A DNA stretch of 64,000 nt from Mytilus trossulus (Eukaryota), in NCBI RefSeq assembly GCF_036588685.1, contig NC_086373.1, positions 77,190,001 through 77,254,000 of the forward strand, written 5' to 3'. This document shows positions 55,380-64,000 of this stretch, in pieces. Position 1 is the first letter of the stretch. Every line of letters starts with the position of its first letter. The position numbers and the translations under genes were made by a program. Below the pieces are notes generated by a model, which was not told the DNA's origin, did not search any database, and worked only from the letters and a program-made list of their open reading frames with translations.

Positions 55380-56554
55380 TACGGGGCGCCGAATGGGACT
55401 CTTGTGGTTTTGTACTCGAAATTCAATTTTGTACGGACAAAAGTGACTTTTTTATTCAACAAAAATGAGTTCAGTTTAACAAAATTTGTAACATACTACA
55501 AATTTAAAATTTTGTCATACAAAATTATCTTTCAGTGGACAAAAGTTATTTTTTGTCATGACAAAACTCATTTTTGTGAGACAAAATTGACTTTGTGAGA
55601 CAAAATTGACTTTTGTGAGACAAAATTGACTTTTGTGAGACAAAATTGACTTTTGTTAGACAAAATTAACTTTTGTGAGACAAAATTGACTTTTGTGAGA
55701 CAAAATTGACTTTTGTGAGACAAAATTGACTTTTGTGAGACAAAATTGACTTTTGTGAGACAAAATTGACAAAATTCAATTTGGTCTCACAAAATTGAGC
55801 CAAAATTCAATTTTATCAATTTTGTCTCACTAAAGTAATTTTTGTCTTCACAAAATTGACTTTTGTGAGACAAAATTTACTTTTGTTAGACAAAATTGAC
55901 TTTTGTGAGACAAAATTGACTTTTGTGAGACAAAATTGACTTTTGTGAGACAAAATTGACTTTTGTGAGACAAAATTGACTTTTGTGAGACAAAATTGAC
56001 AAAATTCAATTTGGTCTCACAAAATTGAGCCAAAATTCAATTTTGTCAATTTTGTCTCACTAAAGTAATTTTTGTCTTCACAAAATTGAATTTTGTCTTC
56101 ACAAAATTGAATTTTGTCTTCACAAAATTGAATTTTGTCTTCACAAAATTGAATTTTGTCGTCATAAATTGAATTTTGTCTTCACAAAATACAAAATCGA
56201 CTTTTGTGAGACAAAATTGAATTTTGTTGTCACAAAAATGAATTTTGTCTCACAAAATTGAATTTTGTCTTCACAAAATTGAATTTTGTCTTTTGTGAGA
56301 AAAATTGACAAAATTGAATTTTGTCTCACAAAAGTCAATTTTGTCTCACAAAAGTCACTTTTGTCTCACAAAAGTCACTTTTGTCTCACAAACTCAATTT
56401 TGTCTCACACAATTGACTTTTGTGTTTTAATTTTTAAAATTGAAGTTCTCATAAGAGAAGTCTGTATCACATGGTTTCGTAAGACAACAATGATTTTTTT
56501 ATGACAGAATTGAATTTTGTACAAAACAACAGGAGTCCCATTCGGCGCCCCGTA
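55380..56554. mobile_element. Foldback-like MITE with ~36-bp TIRs, 5-bp TSD (CGAGG) and internal 20-bp satellite arrays
   Basis: cgagg|TACGGGGCGCCGAATGGGACTCttgtggttttgtac ... gtacaaaacaacagGAGTCCCATTCGGCGCCCCGTA|cgagg; interior of gagacaaaattgacttttgt tandem units and their reverse complements. Confidence 0.85.
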
Positions 56555-58157
56555 CGAGGACAGGACACCTTTTTCGATTACACAAGTATTTAAATGACCA
56601 AGATATGCAGCCTTTAAGCACCAAAGACCACGTATAATCTACTTATAATATATGTATGTTGAGTTTAAACTTATTACGGCTTATAAAATTTAATCACAAA
56701 TGAAAATCATGATTAGCAACAAAATAAATTAATACCACATTTTCTTATTTTATTCAAACTTTGAACTACTTAGTCTCACCATGGAAGAATTATATTGAAT
56801 ATGATACTTCCATGGACTAACTAAATCGTGAACCATTATCCAAGTGGTTCAATGGGTCTTTTTATAATTGAAATGTCGCGTCTAATTAAAAGATGTGGTC
56901 ATCACCAATATATGAGCGTCTGTGCAATGTGTCGAGCTCTGTGGATAAATGTATTATCTTTCATATGAGTTTCACGATATTCAGGATAATTCAGTAATTT
57001 TTTTTGGTCATTTTATGAATTTTGTGAAGATGCAGACCTTGGTTATCACTGTTAGATTCACTGGCATCTTTCCAATGATTTCTACGATAAAGTCCGGGTC
57101 TATGTATGTTATCATTTGTTACAGTTCATTGTATCTGTTTTCCGTAGTTTTCCTCTTATAGTTTTTGTGTTTCCTTCAGTTTTAGTTTGAAATCCGGATT
57201 TGTTTTTGCCTTATTGATTTATAACTATTGAACAGAGGTAAACTACTGTAGCCTTTATAAATCGTCTGATCTATTGTTTATAGCATATGGCATAGTGTTT
57301 AAACGCGTGTCTTTGGTTGTAGACTGTAATGTGTGTTATGTAGTTTTGGTTGGTATCTTAGGGAAAACCCTACGTTACACTAGGCAAATGAAAGAAAATA
57401 CTAAAGTTAAATTTTCTCTTGCTAACCCCGCACTCTTCCGAATTTTAAAGAATTTTTTGTTGACGAAGATTTACCATACAATATAAAAAAAGCCCAACAT
57501 ATATGACCTTTTTGAATTATTTTAAGTAAAATTATAAAACCTTTATCCAATCATTGTTTTTACTAAAACTTAAAAACAAAAAAATATCTTTCTAATGGTC
57601 TAATCATGTACAAAACATAAGAATCGAATGCTCTTTCTGTAATTTGTTACACACAGGAGATATAATGTTGATGACAAAAACAGCAAACGAGCCCACAAAT
57701 GATGTATGGTTAACGAAGTTGTACAGCCTTCAAAACTATCCAGGTGTATATACAATATGCCAAGCTACAAATATTCTAAATACTAAGACAGATGTGGATA
57801 AATTCAAAAAAACAACAGTCAAGGTCTGCCTCCACTACAAATTTCTTCAAAATTAATAACAATACTGGAAAATCTATTAACTTAAACGAAAGAAATGGTA
57901 CAGAAGATAGCCAATTGCAAAAATGGCCAATTAAAACAACAATAATCAGAAAAAGTATAAGAACTCCTTCATGTAAAATCGTAAATCCTTAATGAGTGCT
58001 CAATTACATTGATCATATATGAACATTCCATAATACATTATCGTGCATATTTTGTAGCATGTACATAAAAAGTAAAATCACAAAAAATACTGAACTCAGA
58101 GGAAAATCAAATCGGAAAGTCCCTAATCACATGGCAAAATCAAATGACAAAACAAAT

Positions 58158-59477
58158 AACTAGAGGCTCTAAAGAGCCTGTGTCGCTCACCTTGGTATAT
58201 GTGAATATTAAACAGAGGAAGCAGATGGATTCATGACAAAATTGTGTTTTGGTGATGGTGACATGTTTGTTCATCTTACTTTACTGAACATTCTTGCTGC
58301 TTACAATTATCACTATCTATAATGAACTTGGCCCAGTAGTTTCTCTGGAAAATGTTACTGGTAGTAAAAATTTACAAATTTTATGAAAAATGGTTAAAAA
58401 TTTACTATAAAGGACAATAACTCCTTAGGGGGTCATCTGACTATTTTGGTCATGTTGACTTATTTGTAAATCTTACTTTGCTGAACATTATTGATGTTTA
58501 CAGTTTATCTCTATCTATAATAATATTTAAGATAATAACCGAAAAAACAGCAAAATTTCCTTAATATTAACAATTCAGGGGCAGCAACCTAACAACGGGT
58601 TGTCCGATTCATCTGAAAATTTCAGGGCAGATAGATCTTGACCTGATAAACAATTTGACCCCAGTCAGATTTGCTCTAAATGCTTTGGTTTTTGAGTTAT
58701 AAGCCAAAAACTGCATTTTACCCCTATGTTCTATTTTTAGTCATGGCCGCCATCTTGGTTGGTTTGGCGGGTCACGCCACACATTTTTCAAACTAGATAC
58801 ACCAAAGATGATTGTGGCCAAGTTAGGATTAATTTGGCCCAGCAGTTTCAGAGGAGAAGATTTTTGTAAAAGATATATAAAATTTCAAAAAAATGATTAA
58901 AAATTGACTTTTAAGGGCAATAACTCCTAAAGGGGTCAACTGACCATTTTGGTCATGTTGACTTATTTGTAAATCTTACTTTAATGAACATTATTGCTGT
59001 TTACAGTTTATCTCTATGTATAATAATATTCAAGATAATAACCAAAAACAGCAAAATTTCCTTAAAATTACCAATTCAGGGGCAGCAACCCAACAATGGG
59101 TTGTCTGATTCATCTGAAAATTTTAGAGCAGATAGATCTTGACCTGATAAACAATTTTACCCCATGTCAGATTTGCTCTAAATGCTTTGGTTTTTGAGTT
59201 ATAAGCCGAAAACTGCATTTTACCCCTATGTTCTAATTTTAGCCATGGCGGCCATCTTGGTTGGTTTGGCGGGTCACGCCACACATTTTTAAACTAGATA
59301 CCCCAATGATGATTGTGGCCAAGTTTGGTTTAATTTGGCCCAGTAGTTTCAGAGGAGAAGATTTTTGTAAAAGTTAACGACGACGGACGACGACGACGAC
59401 GACAACGGACGACGGACGACGGACGCCAAGTGATTAGAAAAGCTCACTTGGCCCTTCGGGCCAGGTGAGCTAAAAAA
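58158..59477 (-). mobile_element. Non-autonomous Helentron-type element (HINE), near-identical to the 40878 copy, nested in a family C repeat
   Basis: Same termini as 40878-41986; unit marker ttggcccag at about 58328, 58834 and 59335; (GAC)n near the end. Confidence 0.8.
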
Positions 59478-62400
59478 CTAATGAACAACAAAAGACGACG
59501 TTATGCTAGTTCCGATCCTTGCAATGTAGCAATAAGTGATTATGCTTGTTTCGAATATGGGAGGTCGTGGGTTCAATGGATGTGTCAAACTTAAAGTTTA
59601 AAAAATGTGTTTTGCTATTTCTCTAACTTAGGTATGGACAGATATTGATTGGCTCGAAGTCAGAATAATCTGACAAAGTAATAGTTAATTTCTGTGTCAT
59701 TTGGTCTATTGTGGAAAACAAGATGTCGTATGAGTCTCATAGACAATCATACGACATCCTCTTTTTTAAATTTGTGAATTAGCAAAATTAACAACTGGCT
59801 CAGTGTGTCTGCCTAGTATAAAGCAAGGTTCATATCACATCACATTAGCATTTTCAGACACTTGTGTACTTGAGTGCTTTTCCAACTGCAATAAATTGTT
59901 AAAATATCATCCCAATTTTAAAGTCATATACGCCAATAGCGCTCAGGACAGTAGTTAGTAATATATTTGACTTTGAAATGAATTTGTCCCTAAAATAAGC
60001 GTGTGTATTAACTTTATGCTTTATTTATTTTCTTATTATTTTTGTATCTTTATATATAATTAACTGATATATACGTCAAAACAATGGCATTGTACTTTTT
60101 CAGTCTCAACATGTAGTAGTCTGTGTTTCGTTTCTTCGTATACATGACTATACGAAAAATTGAACCTTGTTTGACACTCCAGTTACATCCCTTTGTTTGG
60201 TGTAATGTTAAGTATGAGATAAAGGCAGAGTTTTATATATAGGTAAAATGATGCAGTATTTTATGTCGTTTCTCAAAGCTGCTTTCCATCGTTCATCTTT
60301 TTTTATATATTTTATACTTTCCAGTACATACTTACCGTATCACACACATTTGAAATTACATTGTCTTTCATTTCTTTCACAAGGGTCTGGATAGTGAAGC
60401 CTCTTTGTTTGTTATTCTTTAAACTTTATGTTGATTTTTTCTCTCTTTTCTTCATTTTTTGCTATTATTTTCTCTTTTTTTTATATAGTTTATCCCTTTA
60501 TTTTCTCGGTTCTTATTTTAGGGGGAGGGGTAGGCTCATTATTCCCTAATCTTCATGTTTTTAACCATGGTGCAGTTGATTTTTTTTTTAGCTTAACGTG
60601 TTACTTACAGACTTGCTAACAGAAGGTTGTTATGTAATTCGATTAAAAAGAACTGTAGTAATACCATTTTCTGAAACGCTGTGATGAGAGAATATTACTC
60701 TGAAAGAAGTTGTAGACTAAACAGCTTTGCTGAATTTGATTTCTATGAGTTTCAATAGTTGTTCGCAATCAAAATTTGTGACTCTACTTACTAACAATTC
60801 ATACTTAAACCGCTTTTTTTCTAAGCATTTGCTATAGAATTGACTTTATTGCTTATCTTTGTCGTAAAATGAAGATTCAGTTAGCATGTAGATAAGCCTG
60901 AAATTCAACAAAAACAGATGTTTAAAAGAGCAAGGAATTGCTTTTAAAAGAAGTTTGACGTACATCAAATAATATATTAAGATAAAAACAAACAAATGTT
61001 TCAATGACTATATTAACAGTTTTATTCAAAAGATGACAACAAAATAAAAAAAAATATAAATTATAATTTACTTCTTGACTGCAAATCTAATAGGACGGCA
61101 TTTGAAGTTTCCAACCGGTATTTGTTTTTTTCTTCAGTATAATAACAGTCATTTATCACAGATTTTTAAAAAGGACGGATATAATATAAACATTGGACTT
61201 ATCACAATTGAAATGTGTATTTGATGTCTCTCCGTTTTATCTTATTGGCAAAGCAGAATTTCCCTTGTAATAAACTATGCATCCACGAGTGTGAGTGCAC
61301 ATTATTATACATGATTCATTTATTTTCTGAGACTAAAAATGTAGTTAACTTAACATATATTAACAAAATTAATGGTAGGCAACAGAACAAAAGGTCGGCA
61401 TTCAAATTTCCCAATAATAAAGGCTGTTGATTTTAAATCTCACAAATAATAGCTTTAAATTCACAAATATTTGAACATATTTGAAAATGTGGCGTGAGCT
61501 ACTAAATATAAAAGAAAAAATGATAATTATTTCCATATAAGAAATTTTAAAAAAGCATTTTCAAATTATCATGGTAATGTGCATTTTCATGAAAATAGAT
61601 GTATTTTTATATATTCTACACAATTATATATGTCAACCATAGCTATATGTCCATTAAAGTATCATAAAGTAGAAACAGGTCTTATTTTAGTTTTTTTTTC
61701 ACATATGAACTTGTCAACTTGTTTTAATTAAAAAGAGAAAAAATTATATTCAATCCTAGTTTGCAATTAAATACTCGATTGGACAGAGAAAATGAATAAG
61801 ATATTTAAACTGTAATACAGTAATTCATTCATCCAAAAAGTGAATTTTCTTCTGTATCATACAATACTAACAATATTAACGCTTTAACACATTTATAATA
61901 AAAAAAACAATATCATTTTAAAAACACAGAAGATATATGTCAATGTCAATAGGGAAGATATTACTATGCTATGCAAAGGGGGGAAAACATTGAAATTTGA
62001 TTGATTCAAATACAAACACTTACTAATTATCATGCTGTACTTTTGAGGGTCCCTATCATGGCAGAGGTATAGGAATAAAATTGCCGGAAAGATTTGATAA
62101 AAATAATACGATAAATTAGATGAACTTCTATAAAATTAGTTCACAGTATATTTCTGGTAATTTGTAGAATTATATTTGGTTATACCAGCTACTGACTTGT
62201 TTGGTTTCAAGTTCTATCTTGATTTAAACAAAAAAGATATTTGATTTGATATAAAATGGCATTGGTAGTTCTGCAATAATGAATTAGAAAAGATAACAAT
62301 CACAATGATGCTGATGATGATGGTGTTTAGATATACATGTATATATATATTATGATTGCACTTGAATATTGTTCATTCTTTTAAGATAAGGAAGAAGAAT

Positions 62401-62690
62401 ATGCCTTTGTAATAATATAGAAATGAAGACTCCTATCGCAGTAGGCACTTATAATTTAAAATGTAAATATTGTGTTCAGTTCGTAACATGAAGACTGTAT
62501 CATGTTATCTGAATTCCGTATTCTTCATTTGAATGAAACATAACATATATAATATAAATCGAAAAAAACTTCAAATTTAATTTGTAGTCTATTTGATTGT
62601 TATATGGAAAAGAAATATGTCTGTCCAAAAAGCAAAAATATGCCTGAACAGAAAATGTTTATGTTGACAGCTTGATTGTTAATTTAACAT

Positions 62691-63947
62691 CTATGATCGT
62701 CTTTTCTTCCTTCCTTTTGACTGTTTCGCTGCTCCCGTCACTGGATCTTCTTCCTGTCTTCCGCCTGTAGATTCTACTTCTTCAATCATTCCCTTTGCCT
62801 AGAAAGATTATAAATTTGTTTAAAAACAACTTAAATACTTTGTATTCATACAATTCACGTATCAAGTGATCAAACGATGATATTTTTCGATTGACGCCCA
62901 GTTGCAAATATTACATGCATATGAAGACGATAACAATTTAATGTAAAAATAGATCTGAGCCTCGGTTTATAAATGACCAAAACAACTGGTCTGTATTTCT
63001 AACGTGCTAGTTCTTACATTAACAGTCCGCAAGAAGACATCCACGCTATCTAGAAACATTGCTCTGACTCCGAGTTGACCAGTATTTGCTCTTACTTCTA
63101 ATTGTAGCATGTTTAGAAGATCATGTATTTTTTACGTGTTATTTTTGTTGAATGATAACATTAGCATACTAACCCAGACAAAAAACGTCGCTGCACCAGC
63201 ACTGACATCTCTTATATGTTCGAGAGTGTAATCTGCAATGACCTTTTTGGACTGTACAGCTGCGGCTAAGAAACAATCCTTGGGGTCAAACTTCTGAATC
63301 TTTCTCATGACAGATTCTCTTCCAGTTTTACCCAGAATGCTCTGGCATGTTCTCCACACCTGAAATGATGCAATACTAGTATGTTAATAAAAGTTAACTG
63401 ATAGCACAGTGACAAAAACTTATAATTGAGAATAGAAATGTTTGAATGTATATCAGTATGCCATGTAAAATTATTATGAATCCTCTTCTCAAGGTAGATC
63501 CCGATACTAAGGGAGATAACAACGTCATTTATTTTCAAAGTCTTAATTTGCAATAGACAGATTCGTCCAGTTTTCACAACGTAAGACAAAGAATTTGTTC
63601 TAATAATACAATATGTATATTAAATAGAGAAACCGAGAGTGTATACGAAATGAAATAAACTCTCACCTTAACTTCTTTCAGTGGATGTCCTAATAACAAG
63701 AATGCTCCCATCAGTGACTGATGTACACCCTCTGGTGGGTTAGAATAGGTCCTGATCTCAGCAATAGTCTTCTGGTCCATGTTCAACACTGAATGACGAA
63801 GTTTTTCTATTCTAGCTAACTGGTCACGGAGTCTTTGTGCAACAACTATTTGTAAGTCCAACTGATTGTCAAAGTTGGCTGCCTTTGCTCTAGCAAGTGC
63901 TTTATCAATGGCATCCACTTCTCTCCTCTGTGCTGCATTTTGCAGTT
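62691..63947 (-). CDS. Paralog 5 (partial): last three exons encoding helical repeat + dynein-type MTBD + short basic tail; 5' part lies beyond the right edge
   Basis: Exons 63947-63667 (281 nt), 63359-63174 (186 nt), 62798-62691 (stop TAG); the first two have the same sizes and phases as exons 6-7 of the other paralogs. KTIAEIRTYSNPPEGVHQSLMGAFLLLG..VWRTCQSIL..KFDPKD..YTLEHIRDVSAGAATFFVWAKGMIEEVES..KGRKKRRS*. Confidence 0.85.
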
Positions 63948-64000
63948 CTGAAATAAGGAACCACAATTAAAATCGCTGATTACTTTTATATGGTTCACAT

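Noticed and set aside
55570-56420. CRISPR-like array, and the ORFs at 55848-56033 and 56286-56504
   Set aside because: Contiguous tandem units with no unique spacers, eukaryotic context, no cas genes. The ORFs are translations of the satellite.
57644-57992. Two overlapping plus-strand ORFs in the intergenic spacer
   Set aside because: Short, no recognisable motifs or splice context.
62691-63947. Calling the MTBD exons part of a genuine dynein heavy chain gene
   Set aside because: A stop follows about 35 codons after the MTBD, so there is no CC2/AAA5/AAA6. In the four complete paralogs the upstream exons encode TG-like and Ig-like domains rather than AAA+ modules.

Overview
AT-rich, intron-containing animal genomic DNA. 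The repeat landscape (Helentron-type elements, Penelope-like fragments, very abundant short interspersed repeats) suggests a bivalve mollusc, probably Mytilus; this is an inference. All genes are on the minus strand. The left end holds the first coding exon of an SVEP1 (polydom) orthologue. The rest is a head-to-tail tandem array of at least five paralogous genes: four complete 8-exon genes, which I spliced by hand into open frames of 1222, 1395, 1130 and 1156 aa, plus the last three exons of a fifth. Each complete protein reads: N-terminal Met-Gly myristoylation-type motif, disordered linker, KY/hillarin/LTD-1-type transglutaminase-like domain lacking the catalytic Cys and His, four KY-type Ig-like repeats, acidic linker, two helical repeats, a roughly 110-aa domain matching the dynein heavy-chain microtubule-binding domain (MTBD) helix by helix, and a paralog-specific tail. 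No AAA+ motor and no long coiled-coil stalk are present. The main candidate novelty is therefore an expanded family of motor-less proteins bearing a dynein-type MTBD, predicted to act as membrane-microtubule tethers or scaffolds. Introns and spacers contain a non-autonomous Helitron, three Helentron-type (HINE) elements, a satellite-filled foldback MITE with a 5-bp TSD, a TTAA-flanked element, L2/CR1 and Penelope-like fragments, and palindromic MITEs. Family assignments rest on motifs recalled from memory; no database search was run.
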